A stretch of 64,000 nt of DNA from Candidatus Buchananbacteria bacterium CG10_big_fil_rev_8_21_14_0_10_33_19 (GTDB lineage Bacteria; Patescibacteriota; Patescibacteriia; 2-01-FULL-39-33): assembly GCA_002773855.1 (NCBI GenBank), contig PEZY01000005.1, positions 218,221 through 282,220 on the forward strand. Reading direction: 5' to 3'. Under the pieces are notes generated by a model. The model had not been told where the DNA came from. It saw only the letters and a list, made by a program, of their open reading frames with translations, and searched no databases. Position 1 is the first letter of the stretch. Each line of letters starts with the position of its first letter. Shown in pieces: positions 40,827 through 50,987 of the stretch. Both the position numbers and the translations under genes were made by a program.

Positions 40827-41861
40827 ATGATGGAGGAGACTAAATTTTATCGACCGATTCTAAAAAAGGCTTGGAATATCACTATAAAGTTTAAATCTTT
40901 ATGGTTTTTAGGTTTTTTTGCCGCTTTAGTTGGTAGTGGTGGTGAATTTGAATTATTATCGAGAATACTGTTTAATCCAACTGCTAGTAAAAATTTTATC
41001 AGTGAATCTTTTAATGGTTTCAAAGCCGGCATCCAAAATAATCTACCAATTGATGGTAATTTATGGTCAAACCTTTGGTCTGTTATCACTGGCGCCCCAA
41101 TTAATATTATCTCGGCAATTTTAGTTTTAATTGTCGCTATTATCATATCTCTATTTATAATTTGGCTAATTACTGTATCACAAGTTGGTTTGATTAAAAA
41201 CGCAGACTTAGCTACCAAAAACAAAAAATCCACTATCAATAGTGGTATTGATGCCGGTGTCGAAAACTTTTGGCCAATTTTTACAGTTAATTTAGTCTAT
41301 AAATTAATCTTGTTAATTATTTTTGTACTACTAGGCAAAGAGATATTATTACTTATAGCTATGGGGATTGTTGGCACCGTCTTACACATATTTTTATTGG
41401 TATTATTTTCTATTATTACAGTAATTATTTCATTTATTATTAGATATCAAATACTTTATATTATTCTCAAAAAAGAAAAAGCCATACCAGCCCTTAAATC
41501 TGCTTGGCAATTATTTATTACCAATTGGCTACTATCACTAGAAATGGCTTTTATTGTCTTTATTGTTTATATGATTGTTATCTATCTATCCACTTTTATT
41601 ACTGCCGTATTACTAGCCATTCCAATAGTCTTTGTAACCTACTCTACTCAAATACCAATCTTAGTTTTAATCGCCCTAGTTTTAACATCTGTTTTCGTAA
41701 TTATAACTATTACCATACTAATCACTTCCTTACTTAGTGTCTTTCAATGGTCAGCTTGGATAATATTATTCAATCAAATGACAACTGGCGAAGTTCTAAG
41801 CAAAATAGCACAGCTTTCCAATAAGTCACCAAATATTTCCAATATTTTTAACAAAAAATAA
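40827..41861 (+). CDS. Hypothetical polytopic membrane protein
   Basis: 344 aa with 6-8 predicted hydrophobic helices. No motif recognised. Confidence 0.5.
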   Translation: MMEETKFYRPILKKAWNITIKFKSLWFLGFFAALVGSGGEFELLSRILFNPTASKNFISESFNGFKAGIQNNLPIDGNLWSNLWSVITGAPINIISAILVLIVAIIISLFIIWLITVSQVGLIKNADLATKNKKSTINSGIDAGVENFWPIFTVNLVYKLILLIIFVLLGKEILLLIAMGIVGTVLHIFLLVLFSIITVIISFIIRYQILYIILKKEKAIPALKSAWQLFITNWLLSLEMAFIVFIVYMIVIYLSTFITAVLLAIPIVFVTYSTQIPILVLIALVLTSVFVIITITILITSLLSVFQWSAWIILFNQMTTGEVLSKIAQLSNKSPNISNIFNKK

Positions 41862-41875
41862 GACTCAACTAAAAA

Positions 41876-41902
41876 CCGCCCGAATAGGGCGGTTTTATTA
41901 TT
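41876..41902 (+). terminator. Rho-independent terminator
   Basis: ccgcccgaatagggcgg followed by TTTTATTATT. Confidence 0.6.
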
Positions 41903-41966
41903 GGTCAACTTGTAATAATAAGCCAAAAAACTTATAATTAACCTATATAAATAACTATTTACGGCT

Positions 41967-43667
41967 ATGTCAATTGGTCCATCATTAGAAGACTTGCTTT
42001 CCAAATCAGACCAAGAAGATGATGAAGGAAAAGAATCACAGCTTCAGAAAAAAATAAAACAAATAACTATTAAAGAAAAGGAGCAGGAAACTGAAAAAAA
42101 AGCTGATTCTGTTGGCTTACCATATTTAAATTTAGTTGGCTTTGGTGCTAGCCCAGATGCTTTGTCTATCATCCCCAAAGAACAGTCTAAAGAACTAAAA
42201 ACTATTTGTTTTTTTAATGACGGCAAAGAAATCAGATTGGGTACAGTCGATCAAACTAATGACGTTAAAAAATTAGAAGTCGAGTTGAAAGAAAAACACC
42301 ACGCTAACGTGGCAACCTACTTAATATCTCAAAGCAGTTTTGACTACGGTTTTAAATTATACGATGCTCTACCAGAGATTAGAAAATTTATTAAAGGTAT
42401 TGCTATTACCGAAGAAGAGATCAAAAAATACGAAGCAGAAATCAAAACTTTTCGTGATTTAAATGAAAAATTAAAAAAAGCTTCTATCACCGAACTAGTC
42501 ACCCTTATTATTGCCGGCGCTATTAAATCCAGGGCTTCCGATATTCACATTGAAGCCGAAGAAAAAGACATTAAAGTGCGTTATCGTATTGACGGTGTTT
42601 TAAATGATGTCGCTATTATCGACAAAGAAACTTGGCCTAAGATTGATTCTCGTATCAAGCAACTAGCCAAACTAAAAATCAATGTTTCTAATCGTCCGCA
42701 GGATGGTCGATTTGCTATTTATCTAAAAGATGATCGCGTAGATGTCAGAGTTAGTGCCTTGCCAACTGGCTTCGGTGAAAGTATTGTTATTAGACTTTTA
42801 ATGTCCTCGGCGGTGGGTTTATCATTTGAAGATTTAGGTATTCGTGGTCGATCATTTAAAACACTGGAGAGAGAAATCAAAAGACCAAATGGCATGATTA
42901 TTACTACTGGACCAACTGGTTCTGGTAAAACCACAACTCTTTACGCCATACTCAAAAAATTAAACAACCCTGAAACCAAAATTATTACCATTGAAGATCC
43001 GATTGAATATGAATTAACTGGCGTCAATCAAAGCCAAGTCAGCAGCGAATACACTTTTGCCAAAGGTCTTAGATCTATTGTTCGACAAGATCCTGACATT
43101 GTAATGGTTGGAGAAATCCGTGATCTAGAAACTGCCGAAATTTCTATCCAAGCCTCTTTAACTGGACACTTAGTGTTATCAACCATCCACACCAACGATG
43201 CTTTTGGTACTATTCCCCGCTTTTTAGCTTTGGGCGCTAAACCATTTTTACTAGCTCCTGCCTTAAATGTAGCTATTGGCCAAAGATTAGTACGAAAAGT
43301 TTGTGAAAGTTGTAAGGCCGAAACAGAAATTGATACTGAATCATTAGAGAGAGTTAAAAAATTATTATCCAATCTACCAGAGGAAGATAAAGCCGAATAT
43401 AAAATTGATTTAGAAAATTTAAAATTCTATAAAGGTCAAGGTTGTGATGCTTGCCAAGGCTTGGGCTACAAAGGTAGAATTGGTATTTATGAAATTATGC
43501 CTATTGAAGGCGAAATAGAAGATACTATTATCAAAGGTAATTTATCAGAAGTTGACATCAAAGCTATGGCCACTAAAATTGGTGTAGTCACTATGGTCCA
43601 AGATGGATTACTCAAAGCTATAGAGGGCATTACCTCGGTTGAGGAAGTATTTAGAGTCGCCGAATAA
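41967..43667 (+). CDS. pilB: Type IV pilus assembly / type II secretion ATPase (PilB/GspE family)
   Basis: Walker A GPTGSGKTTT, Asp box, His box and a C-terminal tetra-Cys zinc motif (CESCKA...CDACQGLG). Confidence 0.85.
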   Translation: MSIGPSLEDLLSKSDQEDDEGKESQLQKKIKQITIKEKEQETEKKADSVGLPYLNLVGFGASPDALSIIPKEQSKELKTICFFNDGKEIRLGTVDQTNDVKKLEVELKEKHHANVATYLISQSSFDYGFKLYDALPEIRKFIKGIAITEEEIKKYEAEIKTFRDLNEKLKKASITELVTLIIAGAIKSRASDIHIEAEEKDIKVRYRIDGVLNDVAIIDKETWPKIDSRIKQLAKLKINVSNRPQDGRFAIYLKDDRVDVRVSALPTGFGESIVIRLLMSSAVGLSFEDLGIRGRSFKTLEREIKRPNGMIITTGPTGSGKTTTLYAILKKLNNPETKIITIEDPIEYELTGVNQSQVSSEYTFAKGLRSIVRQDPDIVMVGEIRDLETAEISIQASLTGHLVLSTIHTNDAFGTIPRFLALGAKPFLLAPALNVAIGQRLVRKVCESCKAETEIDTESLERVKKLLSNLPEEDKAEYKIDLENLKFYKGQGCDACQGLGYKGRIGIYEIMPIEGEIEDTIIKGNLSEVDIKAMATKIGVVTMVQDGLLKAIEGITSVEEVFRVAE

Positions 43668-43799
43668 GAATTGTAACCACAATAAAAAGTGCCGTTATTT
43701 GGCATTTTTTATTACATAAAATAATATTGACATAATTAATTATTTATGATAACCTAATTAGTTGTTCATTCTATACAACCTTAAGTAGAAAGGTATGTT

Positions 43800-44348
43800 A
43801 TGGTTATCAAAAAAGGCAACTACCGAATTGTCATAGTTATTGGCAGTTTAGTTATTAAATTGCCGAGGGTTAGATTGAAAAGTGCTATACAATGCTTAAT
43901 TTTTGAAATTAAACATGGGCTAATATCCAAATATTATAGCAACGCTATTTTATATGCTCCGAGTTCTAAAACCAATTTATTTGGCGGTATTATTTCTAAC
44001 TGGCAAGAATATCAGTTTTATCATCAGACTAAATTGCCAATTTTAATGCCCACCTACTTTTCTTTTTTTGGTTTATTTAACATTCAAAAACGAGGTAAGC
44101 TCCTAGATGTAAACCGTAAAGATTTATTTCAACAACTCTATGATCTAACCAACGGTGAAGTTTTTGATGATAGCCATGCCTTTGCAAATCCCGCTAACTT
44201 CTGTTTGCAAAATGGTAAGTTAGTAATGATTGATTATAGTAAAAAATCTAGAAATGTTTTAATTAAATACGGAGAAAAAATTCAACAAGAATTTAATCTT
44301 TCCTATAGTTGGGAAGAGGAATATAAAAAATTAAAAGAAGCTGAGTAA
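43800..44348 (+). CDS. Hypothetical protein, possibly a degenerate kinase-like fold
   Basis: SHAFANPANFCLQNGKLVMIDYS resembles the HxD....N / DFG region of small atypical kinases, but with Asp replaced. Confidence 0.35.
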   Translation: MVIKKGNYRIVIVIGSLVIKLPRVRLKSAIQCLIFEIKHGLISKYYSNAILYAPSSKTNLFGGIISNWQEYQFYHQTKLPILMPTYFSFFGLFNIQKRGKLLDVNRKDLFQQLYDLTNGEVFDDSHAFANPANFCLQNGKLVMIDYSKKSRNVLIKYGEKIQQEFNLSYSWEEEYKKLKEAE

Positions 44349-44358
44349 TATCAGCTTC

Positions 44359-44784
44359 TTATTTTTTTATCTCAATTTCTCTTTCATCTCCTTCTAAAGA
44401 TTTAAAATTTATTTCTATACAATTATCCGGCCAAATATTACGTACTCTATCTGCCCACTCAATAATCGTCACACAATTATTGTCATTGATATAATCGCTA
44501 GACCCAATTGCTTCTAAATCTTGACCGCTGGTTAATCTATAAGCATCGATATGTGCTAATTTATTAATGTTACCAGCTTTAGCTATATAATTTTTCATCA
44601 AAACAAAAGTTGGGCTGGTAACTATTTTTTCTACCCCCAAGCCTTTAGCTAAACCCTTGGAGAAGGCGGTTTTACCAGCTCCCAGATCGCCGATCAAACA
44701 AAGTGTTTCACCACCATTTAATTGACTAGCGAAATCATAAGCAAGTGCAAATGTTTCTTGTTCTGAGTTAGTAATGATTTTCAT
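44359..44784 (-). CDS. tsaE: tRNA t6A biosynthesis protein TsaE
   Basis: [22 protein letters not shown]-loop typical of YjeE/TsaE. 141 aa. Confidence 0.85.
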   Translation of the reverse strand: MKIITNSEQETFALAYDFASQLNGGETLCLIGDLGAGKTAFSKGLAKGLGVEKIVTSPTFVLMKNYIAKAGNINKLAHIDAYRLTSGQDLEAIGSSDYINDNNCVTIIEWADRVRNIWPDNCIEINFKSLEGDEREIEIKK

Positions 44785-44834
44785 AATTTATCTAATTTAA
44801 GCTATTTCTAACACTTCAATCTAGGTCTGAAGTG

Positions 44835-45851
44835 TTACTCTAATTCCCAATTAGGATCAGCTTTTATCTTTTGCCAATTATCCATTGTAGGCATTTTTTC
44901 TTTGGCCAAATAATAAGCAGCGATAGCAATCATGCCAGCATTGTCTGTGCAATATTGAAACTCGGGCACAAAAAAATCCAGAGACTGTTCTTTGACAGCC
45001 GCTTCTAATTCTTGTCTTAATTTTTTATTAGCGGCAACACCACCGGCCATAAATACGGTTTTAGCCCCAAATTTTTTAGCCGCAGCAATAGTTTTTTTAA
45101 TCAAAACATCAACTACCGCTTGCTCAAAGGAAGCGCACATATCATTAACATCCTGCTCATTTTGTAAATCAATTTCTTTTAATTTATACAAGACGGCAGT
45201 TTTTAAACCAGAAAAAGAAAAATTAAAATCACCACTACCCTGCATCGGACGAGGCAAAGCAAAGCGTTTTACATCACCAGCCATAGCTCGCTTAGAAACT
45301 ATTGGTCCACCAGGATACCCTAAGTCCAATAATTTAGCTACCTTGTCAAAAGCTTCACCGGCAGCATCATCCACAGTCTGGCCAATTTTTTTAAATTGAT
45401 TATAATCCTCAATTAAGATTAATTCGGTATGACCACCAGAAACTACCAAAGCGATCGCCGGAAAGTTAATTTTATTATTTAAAAAATTAGCCGCCAAGTG
45501 AGCATACATATGATTAATTTCCATCACTGGCTTATTCCAAGCCACACCCAAAGATTTGGCCGCTTCAACTCCAACGATAAGTGAGGTAATTAGCCCAGGG
45601 CCAGAGGTGACCGCAATAAAATCAAAATCAACTGGTTTCATATTAGCGGTTTCCAAACTTTCCATAATTACCGGCGTAATATTTTTAACATGGTGACGAG
45701 CCGCTATCTCTGGGACAACACCACCATATTCTTTATGAATATCAATTTGTGATGAGACGATATTTGAAACTACCTCAACTACACCATTGTTCTCAGATAG
45801 AACTGCGGCTGAAGTCTCGTCACAGGATGTTTCAATAGCTAAAATATTCAT
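44835..45851 (-). CDS. tsaD: tRNA N6-adenosine threonylcarbamoyltransferase TsaD
   Basis: MNILAIETSCDETSAAV..., the Kae1/YgjD His-His metal motif (HMYAHLAA). 338 aa. Confidence 0.92.
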   Translation of the reverse strand: MNILAIETSCDETSAAVLSENNGVVEVVSNIVSSQIDIHKEYGGVVPEIAARHHVKNITPVIMESLETANMKPVDFDFIAVTSGPGLITSLIVGVEAAKSLGVAWNKPVMEINHMYAHLAANFLNNKINFPAIALVVSGGHTELILIEDYNQFKKIGQTVDDAAGEAFDKVAKLLDLGYPGGPIVSKRAMAGDVKRFALPRPMQGSGDFNFSFSGLKTAVLYKLKEIDLQNEQDVNDMCASFEQAVVDVLIKKTIAAAKKFGAKTVFMAGGVAANKKLRQELEAAVKEQSLDFFVPEFQYCTDNAGMIAIAAYYLAKEKMPTMDNWQKIKADPNWELE

Positions 45852-46553
45852 TTATTTTTTTAAATATGATTTTCGTTTATCTTCTTGAAATCGTTCAATA
45901 GCATATCTTAACATAGTTCTGGGCATTTGTCCACTATGCTGTTGTAAAAATTTCTCTAAACTTTTCTGATCTCTTTTACCAGCCTCTCTTAGCATCCAGC
46001 CTACTGCTTTATGAATTAAATCATGATTGTCAGTTAATAAAATCTTGGCAATTTTAAAGGTATCGGTAAATTCATTGTTTCTAATAAAAGAGTAGGTAGA
46101 CACTATCGCTATTCTTCTTTGCCAAATATTTTTAGATCTAACTAATTTATACAAAATATCACGTGACTGATTTAATAAATAATTACCGATAATATTTGGC
46201 GCTGATAAATCCACTAGATCCCAATTATTTATATATTTCAAATTCTTAAGATAAAAATTAAATATTTGTTTTTGAATTTTACCATCACTCGTCTTATAAT
46301 TAGTCACCAATATAAGAACGGCCACTAACCGATATTCATGAGTTTTACTATTCAATAATTGCTTGAGGTCTGAATACCTTAAATCTAAATATTTTTTGGC
46401 TACCTGTCTTTGAACTGGCACAACAATCCCTAAAAAAACATCACCCTCACCATACTCTCCGGGCCCAGTTTTAAAAAAGCCCTGCAAAACAATAGCCTTC
46501 TTTTTGTTGGACAGTGATTCCAACTCCTTAGTTAGATTTAATAATTTATTCAT
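45852..46553 (-). CDS. DNA alkylation repair protein (AlkD/AlkC-like HEAT-repeat glycosylase family)
   Basis: 233 aa, helical repeat. NNWDLVD and KAVGWMLRE motifs. Ends 1 nt before the tsaD start. Confidence 0.65.
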   Translation of the reverse strand: MNKLLNLTKELESLSNKKKAIVLQGFFKTGPGEYGEGDVFLGIVVPVQRQVAKKYLDLRYSDLKQLLNSKTHEYRLVAVLILVTNYKTSDGKIQKQIFNFYLKNLKYINNWDLVDLSAPNIIGNYLLNQSRDILYKLVRSKNIWQRRIAIVSTYSFIRNNEFTDTFKIAKILLTDNHDLIHKAVGWMLREAGKRDQKSLEKFLQQHSGQMPRTMLRYAIERFQEDKRKSYLKK

Positions 46554-46597
46554 ATTAAATTAATATTAACAAAAAAAGGATTAATTGGCGATTGATA

Positions 46598-46626
46598 TTG
46601 ACTTTTTAGCCAAAATACTATATAAT
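46598..46626 (+). promoter_or_regulatory. Consensus sigma70 promoter TTGACT-17-TATAAT driving tRNA-Glu
   Basis: Exact hexamers with a 17-nt spacer, 45 nt upstream of the tRNA. Confidence 0.55.
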
Positions 46627-46670
46627 ACTAATCGTGGTTTAATAACCGCATTTTTTAAACCCAAAAACTT

Positions 46671-46742
46671 GGGGCCATCGTCTAACGGTTAGGACATCAG
46701 GTTTTCATCCTGAAAATCGGGGTTCGATTCCCCGTGGCCCTA
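46671..46742 (+). tRNA. tRNA-Glu (anticodon TTC)
   Basis: GGGGCCATCGTCTAACGGTTAGGACATCAGGTTTTCATCCTGAAAATCGGGGTTCGATTCCCCGTGGCCCTA. Cloverleaf folds; anticodon loop TTTTCAT. Confidence 0.85.
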
Positions 46743-47189
46743 CAAGCAAAAACATCCTTATTTTATAAGGGTGTTTTTTGTATACCCAAGGGAGAAGTCG
46801 AACCCCGAGTATTTTTTTAATAAAAAAAATTACCCCCGCTTAGATATTAACTAAACGGGGATTTTGGGAATAGCTATTGCTTAGAACGACAACCTTGTTG
46901 GGGTCACCCGTCATTTCAACAAGCTCGTCAATGGGATTCTTCACTGTATGCAACTCCTTGGGGATAGCATTGACCATCATCATCTCATCACATTCAATGC
47001 CATACTGTCCGCATTATCAGTATAACATACATATTATACTTTGTCAAGTATTATTCAATATTTTACCTAATTTTAGCCAATTATTGACCATTTAAACTGA
47101 CTTTCAAAGACTTAATAACCCTATACCACCTCCTAATATCCAACACTAAGGGGTTTAAATTCTCAATACAGTAGTCTACAAATATAAAA

Positions 47190-47212
47190 ACACTCCGAAA
47201 GGAGTGTTTTTT
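47190..47212. terminator. Bidirectional terminator downstream of the flavodoxin gene
   Basis: acactccgaaaggagtgt followed by a T-run. Confidence 0.55.
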
Positions 47213-47227
47213 ATATATGTCTAAAAA

Positions 47228-47692
47228 CTAAATCTTATTTTTTATTTCCTTACAAAACTTTTTTATTAATTCCTTACCTTCCAGTTTTTTGACCTGTAGA
47301 TCTTGAATTTCCAAAACGGCCACCGGTGCTTTCTGTGCTAGTTGTGACATTACTAATGCCCCGTCTTCGGCGGCAGCATTAAAGGTTAAAAAGAAAGCCA
47401 CATTTTTAAATTTATTTTTAGCTAAATAGGCCTTGACTGCCGGCACGACCCCATCCCAAATAGGAGTTCCAATAACCACCAAATCATAATCTGCAGCATT
47501 TTTAATAGACTCTTCTATCTGAGTGGCTTTGCGCAAATCTTCATCAAAAGCTCCTAAGCGCCAATTTGTTAGATGAGATCTGTCTTTTTTATCAATAATA
47601 TTTTCTAAATCAGCGCGCAGAAATTTGGCAATCATCTTGGCGGTTTGCTCGGTATGACCATGAAGCGAATAATAGGCGACTAATATTTTCAT
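47228..47692 (-). CDS. Flavodoxin
   Basis: MKILVAYYSLHGHTEQTAKMIA is the flavodoxin FMN-binding N-terminus. The ATG overlaps the upstream TGA (ATGA). Confidence 0.75.
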   Translation of the reverse strand: MKILVAYYSLHGHTEQTAKMIAKFLRADLENIIDKKDRSHLTNWRLGAFDEDLRKATQIEESIKNAADYDLVVIGTPIWDGVVPAVKAYLAKNKFKNVAFFLTFNAAAEDGALVMSQLAQKAPVAVLEIQDLQVKKLEGKELIKKFCKEIKNKI

Positions 47693-48534
47693 TTCTTTAA
47701 TCCCCCCCAACCAACTTTTTTATTTTTTAAATTTACTAATTGTGGCCATTCCTCATCTAAACTTGGACGTGGCTGAGCGTAAAATATACCCAAAGGAATT
47801 TTACCCTTATTGTTTATATAGTCATATTCCTGCGACAAAGCCAAGGCCTTTTTTAAAGTTCTTTTCGCTTCTGGTAACTTATACATTAATCGATCTTTAT
47901 TATTAACATACAAATTAAAGACTACACAATCCTGTAAAATTTCTACAAACGAAAAACCTTTATGTTTAATAGCGGCTTCCATCACCATTCTAGTGTGTTC
48001 AATGTCATTGGCATTACATCTGGCCACAAAACTAGCCCCCGCACTCAGCGCTAAATGAATGGGATTAAGTGGACTATTAAAATTACCGAGCGGCTCTAAA
48101 TTAGATTTAAACCCAGGCTGACTGGTCGGTGTCGCTTGACCGGTAGTTAAAGAAAATGATTGATTATCATTAACAAACAAAGTTAAATCTGGATTAAACC
48201 GGCAAGCATGAATAAAATGAGCCATGCCCTCAGCATAAGTATCACCATCACCAGCAAACACCAAGAGCTCCAAATTGGGATTACCCATTTTCATACCAAT
48301 AGCTGTGGGAATAGCCCGACCATGAAGCGCATAAATACCAGAAATATTTAAATAATCAAAAATTTTACCATGACAACCGATACCAGCAGCCATCGCAAAA
48401 TTATTTTTATTATAACCTTGTTCAACTAGTGATATTAAAGTTCGCCTAGCTGACTCTAAAATAATATGGTCCGGGCAACCTGGACACCATGTTATTTTTT
48501 GATTGGTTCTAAATTGTACTCCTGGTTTATCCAT
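47689..48534 (-). CDS. 2-oxoacid:ferredoxin oxidoreductase beta subunit (TPP-binding)
   Basis: TWCPGCPDHIIL and the GDGD..AEG thiamine-PP motif. Confidence 0.85.
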   Translation of the reverse strand: MDKPGVQFRTNQKITWCPGCPDHIILESARRTLISLVEQGYNKNNFAMAAGIGCHGKIFDYLNISGIYALHGRAIPTAIGMKMGNPNLELLVFAGDGDTYAEGMAHFIHACRFNPDLTLFVNDNQSFSLTTGQATPTSQPGFKSNLEPLGNFNSPLNPIHLALSAGASFVARCNANDIEHTRMVMEAAIKHKGFSFVEILQDCVVFNLYVNNKDRLMYKLPEAKRTLKKALALSQEYDYINNKGKIPLGIFYAQPRPSLDEEWPQLVNLKNKKVGWGGLKK

Positions 48535-50057
48535 TATGATTTTAACTTGTTTAATAATTCTTGTTTTAATTCATCAGATTTAAATGGTCGGCCATCATAT
48601 TTTAAAATTCTTTTTTCAATTTTTAGACCTGTTTTTTCTCTAATTAATCGGCCCAACTGACCGGTTAAATTTGTCTCTACTAAAATAACATTTTTAGCTG
48701 CCAGTATTTCGGATTTTATCTGATTAGACATGGGCATCATATACAAAACCTGTAAAAACTTAAAATCTTCACCGTCAATCGCGTCCACTATCGCCCCCTT
48801 AGTCGAGCCCCAGCCAATCACCAAATTTTTACTATCTGCTTTGCCATAAATTTTTATCATTTCTAATTTTTGACATTCCTTTTTAATAGCTTGGTACTTT
48901 TTTAATCTATTATCCGCATTTTTAATAGCAATTTTTGGATCTTCAGTCGCTAAACCATCGGCATCAGATTCATAGCCAGATACTTTTACTACTCCTTGAC
49001 CAGGAATTAAACGCTTAACTACAACTGGTAAAGTTTTTTTATTTTTAGAAAATAAAGAGAATTCTGATTCAGCTAAATGTTTATCTGATAACAAAATAGA
49101 TAAAGCCCCAAATTTTTCTGATAAATAAAAAGCTTCATTAACCTTTTCCATAGCTTCATCCGGATCACCAGGCGCTACGACTATCCGAGGAAATTCCCCA
49201 TGACCAGAGCGTAGAGCAATTTCTAAATCACCCTGCATACTATAAGTAGGCAAACCAGTAGCTGGACCAGGTCTAGAAGCTAAATAAACCACCAAAGGAA
49301 TCTGACTCATGCCTTGTAAACTAAGCCCTTCGGACATTAAATCATAACCACCACCACTGGTCCCAACCATTGTCCGAGCCCCAGAAAAACTGGCCCCTAA
49401 AGCCATGTTAATAGCTGAAATTTCACCTTCTGGTTGAAACACCAAACAATTATTTTTTAACTGATCTTTCGCCAACATTTCCGAAACACCAGTCGCTGGT
49501 GTCATTGGATAAGCAAAATACATATCTATTTTAGAATTAATGGCCCCTTTAGCTATAGCACTGGAACCGCTTAAAATAGAAATTTGATTATTAAGCACCT
49601 TTAAATTAAATTTGGACGTTTGTTTGTTATAACCTTCAGTTAAAGCATCAACTGACAATTTATTTTTAATCTTGGCTTTCACTACACTGGCTAGAACTTT
49701 ATTATCAAAACCTAACACTTTAATCAGTGAGCCAGCTAAGGCGACGTTGGTATTTAGACCCAGACCACTAAAATCTTTATAAGCCAAAATCAAACCATCT
49801 TTTTTTAAACTACTTTTATGGATTTTGATGGTATCCTCATCTAAAGCAATAACAACATCTATTGCCGATTCATGACTGGCTATTGGCCGATCCGAAATCG
49901 AAACTATATTAAAATTATTACCACCACGAATAATAGATGGGTAATCACGATAATTAAAAATATAATAACCGTTTTTAACTAAAGTTTCAGCAATAATACC
50001 AGAGACCTTGTTAATACCTTGGCCGGCCTTACCACCAATTAAGATATTTAAGCGCAT
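48534..50057 (-). CDS. 2-oxoacid:ferredoxin oxidoreductase alpha subunit with a fused N-terminal gamma domain
   Basis: N-terminal GGKAGQGINKVSGIIAETL...YPSIIRGG (gamma), followed by the alpha-domain YFAYPMTPATGVSEML. Confidence 0.85.
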   Translation of the reverse strand: MRLNILIGGKAGQGINKVSGIIAETLVKNGYYIFNYRDYPSIIRGGNNFNIVSISDRPIASHESAIDVVIALDEDTIKIHKSSLKKDGLILAYKDFSGLGLNTNVALAGSLIKVLGFDNKVLASVVKAKIKNKLSVDALTEGYNKQTSKFNLKVLNNQISILSGSSAIAKGAINSKIDMYFAYPMTPATGVSEMLAKDQLKNNCLVFQPEGEISAINMALGASFSGARTMVGTSGGGYDLMSEGLSLQGMSQIPLVVYLASRPGPATGLPTYSMQGDLEIALRSGHGEFPRIVVAPGDPDEAMEKVNEAFYLSEKFGALSILLSDKHLAESEFSLFSKNKKTLPVVVKRLIPGQGVVKVSGYESDADGLATEDPKIAIKNADNRLKKYQAIKKECQKLEMIKIYGKADSKNLVIGWGSTKGAIVDAIDGEDFKFLQVLYMMPMSNQIKSEILAAKNVILVETNLTGQLGRLIREKTGLKIEKRILKYDGRPFKSDELKQELLNKLKS

Positions 50058-50120
50058 GAGAATCTTAAATTGATTATATTTTTATTATAACAAAAAATTA
50101 AAATATATTATACTATATAT

Positions 50121-50945
50121 ATGAATATTAAATTAATCATTGTTTTAATTTTTAGTACACTTTTTTTAAGTGGTTGTTATAATTCTCAAAAATCAAGTCC
50201 ATTAGTTGCTGCAGAGGACATTAATACAGAAAAACCAGCAACCGCTACCCTAGAAATAGATTTAGAGAAATTAGAAGCAACTGTGCCAATTTTAATTTAT
50301 CACCATATTAGAGAAATACAATCAAATGATAGCCAAGATGCTAGAACTTTTATTGTGATACCAGAAAATTTTGAAAAACAACTAAAATATTTAGCTGACA
50401 ATAATTTTACTACTATCTACTTTGATGATTTAGTTAATTATTTTAAAGGTATTAGCAACTTACCAGAAAAACCAATTATTATTACTTTCGATGATGGGAC
50501 TACTAACCAATACAATAATGCTTTTCCATTTTTGCAAAAATATAATCTGGTAGCAACTTTTTATTTATTTACCAACCCGATTGATATTAATGATAATTAT
50601 TTAAATTCTGTGCAAATAAAAGAAATGTCTAATGAAGGTATGGCGTTTGGCAGTCATGGCTGGTATCACCTATATCTAGACAAAGAAAAAGATGATGCTG
50701 TTTTAAATAAAGAAATTATAAGCAGTAAACAAAAATTAGAGAAAATATTAAACCAAGAGGTCACTACCTTTGCTTATCCTTTTGGCAGCTATTTACCAGA
50801 AACAATAGACCGGCTAAAAGCCGCTGGTTATACCACAGCTCGTGGTATTGTAAATGGTCAAGACCATACTAGCAGTGATTTATTTAAACTTAATGGTTAT
50901 TTTATTACCAATGATTTTCAACGCTTTAAAAATATAGTTAATTAA
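50121..50945 (+). CDS. Polysaccharide deacetylase (NodB-homology) lipoprotein
   Basis: Lipobox LFLSGC, IITFDDGTTNQY and HGWYH motifs. Confidence 0.8.
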   Translation: MNIKLIIVLIFSTLFLSGCYNSQKSSPLVAAEDINTEKPATATLEIDLEKLEATVPILIYHHIREIQSNDSQDARTFIVIPENFEKQLKYLADNNFTTIYFDDLVNYFKGISNLPEKPIIITFDDGTTNQYNNAFPFLQKYNLVATFYLFTNPIDINDNYLNSVQIKEMSNEGMAFGSHGWYHLYLDKEKDDAVLNKEIISSKQKLEKILNQEVTTFAYPFGSYLPETIDRLKAAGYTTARGIVNGQDHTSSDLFKLNGYFITNDFQRFKNIVN

Positions 50946-50953
50946 TTTTTCAA

Positions 50954-50984
50954 TAAAAAAACCGTATACTTTCACATATACGGT
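50954..50984 (-). terminator. Terminator of the DUF4258 gene
   Basis: 8-bp stem accgtata/tatacggt; T-run on the minus strand. Confidence 0.5.
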
Positions 50985-50987
50985 CGA

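Noticed and set aside
46877-47095. 72-aa plus-strand ORF in the GC-rich patch after tRNA-Glu
   Set aside because: No RBS and an implausible composition. The opposite strand contains the better 47-aa remnant frame.
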